A stretch of 32,000 nt of DNA, from assembly GCF_000011805.1 (NCBI RefSeq), contig NC_006840.2; one strand, 5' to 3'. The DNA comes from Aliivibrio fischeri ES114 (GTDB lineage: Bacteria; Pseudomonadota; Gammaproteobacteria; Enterobacterales; Vibrionaceae). Both the position numbers and the translations under genes were made by a program. A model generated the notes under the pieces. That model had not been told where the DNA came from. It ran no database searches and saw nothing but the letters and a program-made list of their open reading frames with translations. Within the stretch, counting starts at the first letter, position 1; each line of letters opens with the position of its first letter. Below, piece after piece: positions 1 to 8,221 of this stretch.

Positions 1-132
1 TTGTTCGTGAGGGATTCAGCTCAAGCGGTGATTTAAATAAAGTGGACCGTATTTTTTATAAGAATGAATTGGTACCGCTTTTAGAATCGGTTTGTGAACT
101 CAATGATTTTATTGATGCGGATGTGATTTCAA

Positions 133-426
133 TTAATGATTACGTGGCGTTAGATCAGAGCGCTGCATAAGTTCAACAAGAGAACGATGCTTTGCTCTGC
201 ATTCTTGATATTGAATAATAACCGCTCTTGTCCATTTGGCATGAGCGGTTTTTTCTATTGTTGCTGGTAACGGTAACGGATCACAAAGTGTAGTTAAAGC
301 GCTATCAATTGTACGATTAATATTTATTTGCTGTGTTGATGATATGCTGTAATTCGAGCAACTCGTTATCATCAACGTTATTGCACTGACAAGAATCGCT
401 TTCTTGATGCGTAAATGTGAAATCAT
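133..426 (-). CDS. o-spanin (Rz1/LysC-like outer-membrane lipoprotein)
   Basis: The ATG at 426 gives MISHLRIKKAILVSAITLMITS|C, a signal peptide plus lipobox ITSC. The mature part is Pro-containing (DPLPLP). The ORF starts in another frame inside 317..667 and extends past its stop. It is the last gene of the lysis cassette. Confidence 0.7.
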   Translation of the reverse strand: MISHLRIKKAILVSAITLMITSCSNYSISSTQQININRTIDSALTTLCDPLPLPATIEKTAHAKWTRAVIIQYQECRAKHRSLVELMQRSDLTPRNH

Positions 427-667
427 ATTGCGCCACTTCTTTATCAAATTGATATTGCTTATTTAAATACTGCTCAACTATTACTTTGTCTTTAGCTATG
501 TCTTTATTTGTTTCATCAACTATCTTGCGTGTTAGCTCTGTTTCTCTTGATTGCATTTGGAACATGGCAAGCTGAAAGCCGTTATCATGTCCTTGTCGAT
601 ATACCCCCCAAACTGCAGCGATAATCAAAGATATACAGATAACAATTGTGATTAATTTAACTTGCAT
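317..667 (-). CDS. i-spanin (Rz/LysB-like, N-terminal TM anchor)
   Basis: The ATG at 665..667 lies 1 nt after the upstream stop. The N-terminal TM is MQVKLITIVICISLIIAAVWGVY, followed by a charged periplasmic part. It overlaps the lipoprotein ORF. Confidence 0.7.
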   Translation of the reverse strand: MQVKLITIVICISLIIAAVWGVYRQGHDNGFQLAMFQMQSRETELTRKIVDETNKDIAKDKVIVEQYLNKQYQFDKEVAQYDFTFTHQESDSCQCNNVDDNELLELQHIINTANKY

Positions 668-668
668 G

Positions 669-881
669 TTATTGCTTCCCTGCGTCCATATAAAATTTAC
701 AGAAACCCACAAATACACCCGTTATTGCTGCGTATTGTACCAATGCAAATTCACTGTGCTTATCAATGGGTACTGCAAAAAAATAATCGTTAAACTCAAG
801 CCACATGTAACCGACAAATAAGCTCATTAGCTTTGGCCATAACCGCCATTTTTCAATGCGCTGGTGCATGTCATTTAACAC
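669..881 (-). CDS. Small two-TM membrane protein, holin or antiholin candidate
   Basis: The 70-aa product has hydrophobic segments LMSLFVGYMWL and AAITGVFVGFCKF. Its start overlaps the end of the endolysin gene, and it sits between endolysin and spanins. Confidence 0.55.
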   Translation of the reverse strand: MLNDMHQRIEKWRLWPKLMSLFVGYMWLEFNDYFFAVPIDKHSEFALVQYAAITGVFVGFCKFYMDAGKQ

Positions 882-1264
882 AATTCAAAATGCACTAAGT
901 CATCAAAGTTATTGTCTTTAAGTTCATTATCTTTATCCCAGTCACCGCCCCAACGGATCGCAACCCCCATTGATACACCAACACCAACAACTAAACCAGC
1001 AAAGTAACTGAATCGCTCTCGGTCATTCCAGTCGATAGGATAAGGGGCAACATCAACAGCGCGACTTGGTAATGTGTTGTGTTTGCCATTTGGATATTTC
1101 ACCTGGCTTTTACCTTCCGCAAATGCAGTATTTTGCTCTTCTTCTGTTCGATGGCCACAAAGAATGGAGCAGTCGCAAAGCTCAAGAACGCGAGTGAATA
1201 CTTTTATTAAATCAGGGTGGCAAGTAGCTAAACGTGCCGCGCTTGTTTTACTGAATTTATTCAT
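875..1264 (-). CDS. Endolysin, peptidase M15 / L-alanyl-D-glutamate (VanY-like) peptidase
   Basis: The sequence ...CGHRTEEEQ...SRAVDVAPYP...DDLVHFE has the H..D..H zinc-peptidase layout of M15 phage endolysins. The ATG at 1262..1264 lies 1 nt after the upstream stop. The ORF-track start at 1288 is an alternative. Confidence 0.8.
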   Translation of the reverse strand: MNKFSKTSAARLATCHPDLIKVFTRVLELCDCSILCGHRTEEEQNTAFAEGKSQVKYPNGKHNTLPSRAVDVAPYPIDWNDRERFSYFAGLVVGVGVSMGVAIRWGGDWDKDNELKDNNFDDLVHFELC

Positions 1265-1265
1265 T

Positions 1266-1499
1266 TTATAACGCCTTAACTGCAGCAACGATTGCTGTGA
1301 TGAGTGCGGCCAGTATTAATCTTACTAACCATGTTTTATCTGATTCTAATTTACCTATGCGCTCAGAATGTGACTCTTGCTTTGTACGAGTCTCTGTTAG
1401 CATTTCAAGAACCTTTTTTAATGTTGTATTTTGCTCACGCGTTAATTCGACAAGATGACTCATCGTTACATCAATACGTGCAATATCTTTCTCCGGCAT
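1266..1499 (-). CDS. Tail-anchored coiled-coil membrane protein (XhlA/holin-like), first gene of the lysis cassette
   Basis: The 77-aa product has a helical, charged N-terminal part and one C-terminal TM (WLVRLILAALITAIVAAV). It lies immediately upstream of the endolysin. Confidence 0.55.
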   Translation of the reverse strand: MPEKDIARIDVTMSHLVELTREQNTTLKKVLEMLTETRTKQESHSERIGKLESDKTWLVRLILAALITAIVAAVKAL

Positions 1500-1582
1500 A
1501 ATTGACTCAATGTGATAACGTTAGTGCTCAGTGTATCGCGCGCGTAAAGTAGTTAATATTGATGAAAATCCTATATTCCAAA

Positions 1583-1600
1583 TGTAGAAAACCCCGCACA
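1583..1600. promoter_or_regulatory. TGT-N12-ACA dyad, candidate Ogr-type late-promoter activator site for the lysis cassette
   Basis: The sequence tgtagaaaaccccgcaca fits TGT-N12-ACA exactly. It lies in the 135-bp gap upstream of the lysis genes, and an Ogr homologue is encoded at 8549..8791. Confidence 0.35.
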
Positions 1601-1610
1601 ATGGCAGGGC
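1588..1610 (-). terminator. Possible intrinsic terminator after the tail-fibre operon
   Basis: The minus strand reads gCCCTGCcattgtGCGGGGtttt: a 6-bp stem including one G-U pair, a 6-nt loop and a T4 run. It lies 25 nt after the stop of 1635..2090. Confidence 0.4.
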
Positions 1611-1634
1611 TTGGTGGGAGAGATAAATATAGTT

Positions 1635-2090
1635 TTACTCTTCTAAGGTTGCATTTTGCGGAGCGTATCGATTCATAATATCTGGTCGAATTGGTATACT
1701 TCTAGTCGCCGCTGTTGGATTTATCGCTCTTATGTATTCTTTTACTTCTCGCATTTGTTCATCTGAAATATCAGCGAGCTCTAAGCGATAATCCTCTTCA
1801 ACACGTATAGCGACTGCTTTCTCTGAACCAAATAATGTTATTGCTTCATTAAGTAAATCTTCTTCTGTTGGAATGTACGGTTCGTACTGCTTAATTATTC
1901 CGAACTCGCCAAGTCTTGCTCGCTTATACCACTCAACGCCGTGAGACATAACATCAAAAGCCGAAGCAACAAACTCAACTGGCTCTGTGATTTCAGTAAC
2001 GCCATCAACTTCTACAGTCATGAAAATCGCTGTTTTATCTTCATTTGCAAATGATAAGTTAGTTGCGCTTATTAGTTTAATTTCACTCAT
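1635..2090 (-). CDS. Tail fibre assembly chaperone (P2 gpG/Tfa-like)
   Basis: The ORF starts at the stop of the tail-fibre gene. Size is 151 aa and the C-terminal part resembles Tfa-family tails. The call rests on position and general similarity only. Confidence 0.6.
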   Translation of the reverse strand: MSEIKLISATNLSFANEDKTAIFMTVEVDGVTEITEPVEFVASAFDVMSHGVEWYKRARLGEFGIIKQYEPYIPTEEDLLNEAITLFGSEKAVAIRVEEDYRLELADISDEQMREVKEYIRAINPTAATRSIPIRPDIMNRYAPQNATLEE

Positions 2091-3436
2091 TATAGAACCC
2101 TTTGATACAATCTCTGACCAACACCATCAATAGTCGCAGCTCTACCTTTCGCTGACCATGTACCAGCCAAGTATGAGCCTTTATGCCCACCATAAGTGTC
2201 CGTACCATACTGTGCAGCATGCGCTGTTGCATTATAAACTCTTGTATGTGAATTTCTTGCAGCGGTTCCACCAATCCATGCGACTAATGGAGTGCCGATT
2301 GGGAAATCTGTATTGCCTGAAGATGTTCCTGTATAAACTTTATTCCCACTCGTACCTGCTTTATCATATGCAGCATTAGCCCTATCCATTGCAGCCTTAA
2401 CGGCTGCGGAGTTTGCAACATTTGTCGGTGAACTAGAAGTTGTGGAACTACTTACTTTAGACGTTCCCACATAACGTTCATCACCTTCCGCTTTACTAAA
2501 AACACTCAACCAAGTTCTTATCGCGGCCACGTTAGTACAAACTCGATGATAGTTATCAGAGACCGATTTACGAAAAACCAAGCCGCCGCTGATTGCACTT
2601 TCATCTTGATAGTTAGAACGTAGTAATCGTACATGTAAATCACCAGTACTGTCCCTTTCTGCCATCGTACTAGCTGTTGCAACAATGCTATTAGTTCTAT
2701 TATTCAAACGCGTTGAGTTCGTAACTGTTTCACCACGCTTCCAGTACCACAAGTCCGCTTGGGCTTTCGTTATCTTACTGTTTGCAATATCTGCGACTAA
2801 CTTCACCGCCTTTGATGTTGCTGCTAATGATTCACTTGTTGAGTTGATAGCACTGGATAGCTTAGTTGCTCCGTATGTTGTTAGACTTGCTTGAACATAC
2901 GTCCATTTGCTGTGAGCAACATTAAGAGCTTCGTTTGCTCGAGCTAAAATAGGATCAAGCGCTCGCCAAAGCTGTGGCAATAACACCATTCTTTTTGTTT
3001 GAGCTTTGTTATCAATATCTTCATCTGTTGCTGCAGTAACACCCGTTATTGCAACAGTAATATTATCAATACTTGAATTAGCAAGATTTAAATCAAACGC
3101 TTCTGTCACGATAGTGTTTGAGCGCTTAACGGAAATGATTTCACCGCCTCGACTATCGACCGCAAACAAAGTGCCGTCAGTTAAGTGATAGCCTAGTTCT
3201 TTACCAATGAACTCATTATCACCATCAAAAACAGCCTCGCCATGAAGCTGGCCGTTACCGTTATCAAAACCCTTAGTGATTTCAACACGCGCGACTTCAT
3301 TTTTTAACTCTGTCTGGCCCACTGTAGGAATATAACCCTCAGTGCCAACACTAATATAAGCAATTTTATAACTGACACCCAAATCACCTGCAGCGGTTGC
3401 GGCTGCAATGCCAGCATCGGTAATTAATAAACTCAT
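2090..3436 (-). CDS. Tail fibre protein (P2 gpH-like, tail-collar N-terminal domain)
   Basis: The N-terminus MSLLITDAGIAAATAAG...YISVGTEGYIPTVGQTELKNEVARVEI...LGYHLTDGTLFAV matches the phage tail-collar fibre N-domain pattern. Two fibre-repeat motifs are present (ATSKAVKLVADIA, NSAAVKAAMDRANA). Confidence 0.85.
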   Translation of the reverse strand: MSLLITDAGIAAATAAGDLGVSYKIAYISVGTEGYIPTVGQTELKNEVARVEITKGFDNGNGQLHGEAVFDGDNEFIGKELGYHLTDGTLFAVDSRGGEIISVKRSNTIVTEAFDLNLANSSIDNITVAITGVTAATDEDIDNKAQTKRMVLLPQLWRALDPILARANEALNVAHSKWTYVQASLTTYGATKLSSAINSTSESLAATSKAVKLVADIANSKITKAQADLWYWKRGETVTNSTRLNNRTNSIVATASTMAERDSTGDLHVRLLRSNYQDESAISGGLVFRKSVSDNYHRVCTNVAAIRTWLSVFSKAEGDERYVGTSKVSSSTTSSSPTNVANSAAVKAAMDRANAAYDKAGTSGNKVYTGTSSGNTDFPIGTPLVAWIGGTAARNSHTRVYNATAHAAQYGTDTYGGHKGSYLAGTWSAKGRAATIDGVGQRLYQRVL

Positions 3437-3675
3437 TGAGTTACCTCGTATTTATGAACATTGCGAATATGCCGAGCATTGGCTATTTGCGTTTGTACGT
3501 TAATTGTTGCGTTGTAAAGCCATTCAATAGATGTGTGTGGCAAGCGCACTTTTTCAAACTCAAACCAGGCTTCTTCGCTGCGAACATCAGGACTTAATGA
3601 CACATAAATAAAATTCGGTTTATCTTCATCATCAAAGACGGTCCCCGAATCATCGCCCGCAATGCCCACAAGCAA
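3433..3675 (-). CDS. C-terminal part of a baseplate/tail protein (P2 gpI / Mu gp48 position), out of frame with 3690..3905
   Basis: An 80-aa ORF with a TTG start. Its frame stays open about 26 codons further upstream and overlaps the end of the 3690..3905 frame at an A5/T5 run. Confidence 0.5.
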   Translation of the reverse strand: MLVGIAGDDSGTVFDDEDKPNFIYVSLSPDVRSEEAWFEFEKVRLPHTSIEWLYNATINVQTQIANARHIRNVHKYEVTQ

Positions 3676-3689
3676 CGCTTGATAATCAC

Positions 3690-3905
3690 TTAATTCCAGC
3701 CGAACAACTTTGCCGAAAAATCCGTTAACAACGACAGTTGAATTTCATCATTTGTCAGCTTGAAATCTGCAGCCATGCCAAGAATGACATTTGTCAGCTC
3801 TTTGTTATCTGCCTCTTGCCAATACTCTCCCTTCGGCAAGAACGCGCGAATGGCATTGGCAAAATCTTCTTCTGTGTACTCAACCGTTAATTCAGCGCTG
3901 TCCAT
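3690..3905 (-). CDS. N-terminal part of a baseplate/tail protein (Mu gp48/YmfQ-like, P2 gpI position)
   Basis: It follows the baseplate J gene with an overlapping start. The N-terminal motif AFLPKGEYWQ resembles the DUF2313/gp48 family (from memory). At 71 aa it is too short for that family. Confidence 0.5.
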   Translation of the reverse strand: MDSAELTVEYTEEDFANAIRAFLPKGEYWQEADNKELTNVILGMAADFKLTNDEIQLSLLTDFSAKLFGWN

Positions 3906-4939
3906 GTTATGGCCCCCAACGTATGAACTTGAGTATTAGTAACAAACTGCTCTTCAGTTGGTTGCTTCACGATGTAATTAGATGTAATTGGAGCTATGGC
4001 CAGAACAATTTCAGTCGGCGTAATAGACTCAGGAACATACTCATTTGCAGCCGTGTTTCTTGCGCCCATTTTGCTTTTAAATAAATTCTCTAATGCAATG
4101 ACAATGTTTGCTCTCACCACTTCATCATGAACATTTTGAATTTCAATTGGGATCGGTTTATGAGAAGGAATAACAACACTAGGGTGACAACCCGCCAACC
4201 GTTCTTTATCAATAAATTCTTGAACGATAGAAATAACCTCAGGCGATAACGTAGGATCATTCTCTTTTGTCCCGATGTACACTTGAACGTGCCCAACCAT
4301 CGGTGTGTTATCTAATGCCCATGCAAAATCAACATCGGTATGTGCGGACTTTGCCCAGCTTACGTAATCTTCTCGACGACCGATTTCTTCCCCTTTATTA
4401 AATGCTGTGCATACTCGTTGTCGCCAATGTTCTAACTCTTCAATATCAGAACCGGCATCAAAACCAAGACAAATAACATTATCAGGATTTACACCGCCAA
4501 TGCCTTTTGTCAGTTTAAGTATTGCACCACTAGGTAAATTACTTGTTGAACCGGACATCAACGCCATTGCATCAATATCTTCATTACTATATTGAGTTGA
4601 TAGCGTTTCATACTCATTGCCAGTAATGCTTTTTACTATCGTACCTTTTGGAATAACGACAGGATCACCAAGCTGCTCAAATCGAATAAGGCCCGTCGAA
4701 AATGTTGGCAATAAGCGCTCGGTCTTATGACGTTTAGCATGCAGATACAACCACGCTTCTGAACACGTTTCAGGGTGCAACTCTCGGAACAATTGATCTT
4801 GATAACCGTATTGGCCATAACTTACCCCTGCAATTGCACATGCTATCGCATCAATCGCTGGGTTATGTTGCCCTGTTTTAGCAATAAGCGTCGATGTCGC
4901 TCTATCAATTAATGACTTTAAACTTCTCTGCGTACTCAT
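3887..4939 (-). CDS. Baseplate J-like protein (Mu gp47 / P2 gpJ)
   Basis: A 350-aa product placed between gp46-like and gp48-like genes. The sequence has a Baseplate_J-family character (AGVSYGQYGY..., LHPETCSEAWL...). Confidence 0.8.
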   Translation of the reverse strand: MSTQRSLKSLIDRATSTLIAKTGQHNPAIDAIACAIAGVSYGQYGYQDQLFRELHPETCSEAWLYLHAKRHKTERLLPTFSTGLIRFEQLGDPVVIPKGTIVKSITGNEYETLSTQYSNEDIDAMALMSGSTSNLPSGAILKLTKGIGGVNPDNVICLGFDAGSDIEELEHWRQRVCTAFNKGEEIGRREDYVSWAKSAHTDVDFAWALDNTPMVGHVQVYIGTKENDPTLSPEVISIVQEFIDKERLAGCHPSVVIPSHKPIPIEIQNVHDEVVRANIVIALENLFKSKMGARNTAANEYVPESITPTEIVLAIAPITSNYIVKQPTEEQFVTNTQVHTLGAITWTALN

Positions 4940-5322
4940 GGCTTAACCTCTATTTTTGAGCCATCGTTTAACGTTAATATCACGGTTCTACCAAGCTTAG
5001 TGGCTGATAACTTAACAACATTTACCGTTACTGTTTTAACGTGATTTTCATTCACTAACCAAGCCAGCGCTTCTTCGTAAAATCGCTTCGCTCTTCCTGC
5101 CGTTTGCTCGGTTAATTTTTCACGTTTTAATGTCCAGTCTCGTGAACCGACACCGTGAACAAATTCATCACTCCAACATCCGCCACGTTCTGCGCTATCC
5201 ATTCGCGCGCGATCATTTGCTGTTGATTCTGAATGATTCAATACACTTTGAAGCACGGCATGAGTTAACCCTTCTTTTGTATTCATTGGGGCCGTCAATG
5301 CGTTTAAATTAAAATGACTCAT
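4936..5322 (-). CDS. Baseplate wedge protein (Mu gp46 / P2 gpW / gp25-like)
   Basis: A 128-aa product with the GP46-family pattern (ERGGCWSDEF..GSRDWTL.REK...). It overlaps the J-like gene by 4 nt. Confidence 0.75.
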   Translation of the reverse strand: MSHFNLNALTAPMNTKEGLTHAVLQSVLNHSESTANDRARMDSAERGGCWSDEFVHGVGSRDWTLKREKLTEQTAGRAKRFYEEALAWLVNENHVKTVTVNVVKLSATKLGRTVILTLNDGSKIEVKP

Positions 5323-5516
5323 GACACTTTATATGTTCCGGCTGAACTGCCTTTATCAACAATAACCATTGCGTTACTTGTTATTTCATCAATAACAGCA
5401 TTAGCGATAGCCTCAGCCAAATCCGCGGCTTTAGCAAACTCGCCCTCAGTAACCATCCCTTTGCCATTCATTTCTTTTACTATTTTGGATTTTAATGAAT
5501 CCTTACTTAATGCCAT
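5319..5516 (-). CDS. Small hypothetical protein within the baseplate operon
   Basis: An internal ATG at 5514..5516 has an AGGAAA RBS and lies 2 nt after the upstream stop (65 aa, MALSKDSLK...). The longer track ORF would overlap the gp45-like gene. Confidence 0.5.
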   Translation of the reverse strand: MALSKDSLKSKIVKEMNGKGMVTEGEFAKAADLAEAIANAVIDEITSNAMVIVDKGSSAGTYKVS

Positions 5517-5518
5517 TA

Positions 5519-6028
5519 TTATTTTCCTGCTAATACAGTTGATGAACCATCGACATGAGGGGAGCCAGTAAAAGGACAAATACTTTCACAAGTAATAACA
5601 CCTGAGCCGTCATTTAATTTAATCTTTTTCCCATCCGCAAAAATATTGCCTTCGGCCGTTACCGTTACGTCTTTTTTTGCATTCACTTCAACAGAACCAA
5701 GTGATGTGATGGATATGCCATTCTCAGTAAAATGAACCAGATTCCCTTTATCGTCCAACATCGCCACTTCACCTTCGGCCAGCTCCATTTCATAACGTTC
5801 ATCTTCAACGCAAAATGAAAAACCGCGACTCATTACACCGCCAAGAAATAAGTTGTACGCACGAGAACCGACCTTTGGGTGACTCATAAAACCATAGTCA
5901 TGCAGCCGTTTAATACGGTCATTGGTTTTGCCTGTTGATGTTTGAATCTGTAATACTTTTGTCGACGAACCAGTGACGGTACCAATTGCCACCATATTCT
6001 TAATTCGACTCATTAAACGGCTAAACAT
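5519..6028 (-). CDS. Baseplate spike / assembly protein V (Mu gp45-like)
   Basis: The ATG at 6026..6028 has an AGAGG RBS and overlaps the upstream stop by 8 nt. The N-terminus MFSRLMSRIKNMVAIGTV...LHDYGFMSHP and C-terminus CPFTGSPH fit the gp45/gpV family. Confidence 0.75.
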   Translation of the reverse strand: MFSRLMSRIKNMVAIGTVTGSSTKVLQIQTSTGKTNDRIKRLHDYGFMSHPKVGSRAYNLFLGGVMSRGFSFCVEDERYEMELAEGEVAMLDDKGNLVHFTENGISITSLGSVEVNAKKDVTVTAEGNIFADGKKIKLNDGSGVITCESICPFTGSPHVDGSSTVLAGK

Positions 6029-6965
6029 GAGATACCTCTTTGAACGGTCGGAATAATTCAATTTTCGTTTCAGCACTGCTTTCAGACACCGATAGGCTTA
6101 ATGACTTAACTAGCAGCATTTCATTAAAATTCTGTTTTTTATCAACTACTCTCAGCGTTCTGTTAATTGCTCGGCCAGTTAACTCAATAAACAAAGCAGG
6201 TAATGATGTTGATGCGGTAAGCCCTTTTGCTATTGCGAGATCACGCTCGTATTCCGCTCTTGATTTACACGACTCGGCACTTTGCAGTTGATCAGAAATA
6301 ATTACGGTTCTTCTTTGCGTGTTAGCTGGGGCATACGTGATCACTGCATGAGCATCGTCCCACTGTCCCTGGACTTCAATGTGATAAAACTGCTCTGCAA
6401 AATTTCTATCTATCGCAAGGGATTCAATGTTTTTACCCACTTCTAACGTAACGCCATCTATCACTGCATGCGCTGGGTTTTCTATCGTTAATACGCCATT
6501 GCGCTCAATAAGAATAAAACCCTGCTCTTTAATGAGTTGGGCAAAATTATCAACCGGAGATTCTGCGTTTATTTGAAACTCTGAGATTGGTTTTAACTTT
6601 GATGAATCAACCAAACAATTCACGCTTAAACCGAAATCTTTAGCGATAGAACGAAGTAACTCATCAAGCGGCTGGCCGTACTCTGCATCCATTGTGATTT
6701 TTGAATCAATCATATTGGCACTCTTTGAACGCCCACTGATTGCCATTGAATATTCACTGCTTGCGGTTGATGTTCCGACCCGATCTATCTGTCCGGTTAA
6801 TATGCTTGTACTTCCCAACTTAAACATGACGGGCAATGGTTTATCTATCTGCATTGGCTCAATACTGCAGTTAAACGTATGAGCAAGCTGTTCAATAGAA
6901 AACGTTAAACTAGCATTAAAAAAAACAACGGGCTTACTATCAATTAATAACGTTAACTGACTCAT
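6021..6965 (-). CDS. Baseplate hub / late control D-like tail protein (Mu gp44 / P2 gpD)
   Basis: A 314-aa product lying between the DNA-circulation-like and gp45-like genes, as in Mu order, with coupled overlaps on both sides. Confidence 0.7.
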   Translation of the reverse strand: MSQLTLLIDSKPVVFFNASLTFSIEQLAHTFNCSIEPMQIDKPLPVMFKLGSTSILTGQIDRVGTSTASSEYSMAISGRSKSANMIDSKITMDAEYGQPLDELLRSIAKDFGLSVNCLVDSSKLKPISEFQINAESPVDNFAQLIKEQGFILIERNGVLTIENPAHAVIDGVTLEVGKNIESLAIDRNFAEQFYHIEVQGQWDDAHAVITYAPANTQRRTVIISDQLQSAESCKSRAEYERDLAIAKGLTASTSLPALFIELTGRAINRTLRVVDKKQNFNEMLLVKSLSLSVSESSAETKIELFRPFKEVSHV

Positions 6966-8221
6966 TCACTCACCCTCATTGCTACGGTACCGTGCAAAAA
7001 AAGAGGGTGCATTGATGGATTAAGTGCCGTCACCATTTTTTCATTACTATCGGATTGATGAGCTAACACCAACGCCGGAAGCGGCCGAACTTGATCAACA
7101 TAGCTTTGTGGCTCACTGCCTTTTTTCACTTTGTTGTATTGATTATCAATGCCTTCTTTTAATGCAATTAACGAGTGATACAGCTCAATGCTTTCAAGCG
7201 TTGAACCATCGGTCACTTCATCTACTCGTGATGCCACTTCTTTTGATAGCGTTGCCAAGTCACTCATGATCGTTAATGCTTGCTTATTTGATGTGATTTC
7301 AGTTGTAGATGATGGCTCGCTTACTGTTGCAGCAATATCAAAGGCATCGTCTTGTTCTAATACGGCAATGTCCTTACTCATCTTTACCGCTGCAGTCACC
7401 ATTTGAACATTGTAATGTGCGGTTGGCGTGCTTGGATTAATAGCGGATAGCATTGTCTTTTGTGCAGTACGTGAATTATCTACCGCTTCATTCTTTGAAT
7501 TTGGCTCAGAACGCACAGCACTTGCGATACTGTCTATTGTTTTACTGAGCTGCTCTGCAAATTGTCCTGGCGCATTAGCAATACTTGAAATAGCCATAAA
7601 CGCGCTGTTTAATTCTTGATTTAATGCCGACAACATCTGGCTAGGCACGCTTAATTGACTTGCAATACCCACCAAGGCATTAACGCATTGCGTGAAATCT
7701 TGTTGAAGACTGCTTATCTCTGAGATATCCATGCTTTCAACATCTTGAATAAACGTTTTGCTTGATACGTTATCTACTTCACTCGCTTGCTGCAGAGTGG
7801 TATTGGTTGTCGTGGTAATGGTGCGGATAAGAACGGGCTTCTTTCCATCTCGCACAAAAGTAAGTGACAGCGTGACAACACCGCGTTTTGTTGTGATTTG
7901 TTGTGAGTAGGTATCGAATACAAGAGGAAGTTCACCAAGCCATGGATGCTCTAATTCCCCTTTGGGTGTTTTGCTTAAACTATTAATCAGTGCATTGGAA
8001 TCAACTAATGAATTAACTCCAACAAAAATCACTTCGAGATCAATATTATTTGCTTTGCTGCCCATCACTTTGATTAATGGTAATTCAGCATAAGGAATAT
8101 CACTAACCTGCAGTCGCTTACCGCCATCAAGCGATGTAGTCAGTATATTTAACTGTAGGCCGTTCCATCGCCCTTGTTCATATTTTCTTTCCCACATGCC
8201 ACGACTCACTTCATCAATCAA
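6962..8221 (-). CDS. DNA circulation protein-like tail/baseplate protein (Mu gp43)
   Basis: The N-terminal block W..GRWNGLQLNILTTSLDGGKRLQVSDIPYAELPLIKVMG....LEVIFVG fits the DNA_circ_N pattern (ASFrG..F......GGRR...H.yP). The start is ambiguous: TTG at 8221 or ATG at 8197. Confidence 0.7.
   Translation of the reverse strand: MIDEVSRGMWERKYEQGRWNGLQLNILTTSLDGGKRLQVSDIPYAELPLIKVMGSKANNIDLEVIFVGVNSLVDSNALINSLSKTPKGELEHPWLGELPLVFDTYSQQITTKRGVVTLSLTFVRDGKKPVLIRTITTTTNTTLQQASEVDNVSSKTFIQDVESMDISEISSLQQDFTQCVNALVGIASQLSVPSQMLSALNQELNSAFMAISSIANAPGQFAEQLSKTIDSIASAVRSEPNSKNEAVDNSRTAQKTMLSAINPSTPTAHYNVQMVTAAVKMSKDIAVLEQDDAFDIAATVSEPSSTTEITSNKQALTIMSDLATLSKEVASRVDEVTDGSTLESIELYHSLIALKEGIDNQYNKVKKGSEPQSYVDQVRPLPALVLAHQSDSNEKMVTALNPSMHPLFLHGTVAMRVSE

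Noticed and set aside
1-36. Plus-strand reading frame ending at TAA 34..36 as the 3' end of a gene entering from the left
   Set aside because: Only 11 codons are visible, which cannot be supported.
2083-4818. Short ORFs overlapping the fibre and baseplate genes in other frames or on the opposite strand (2083..2274, 2158..2379, 2685..2894, 3006..3188, 3791..4084, 4114..4296, 4407..4595, 4636..4818)
   Set aside because: All are nested in long, family-recognisable minus-strand genes. Their sequences look like off-frame translations.
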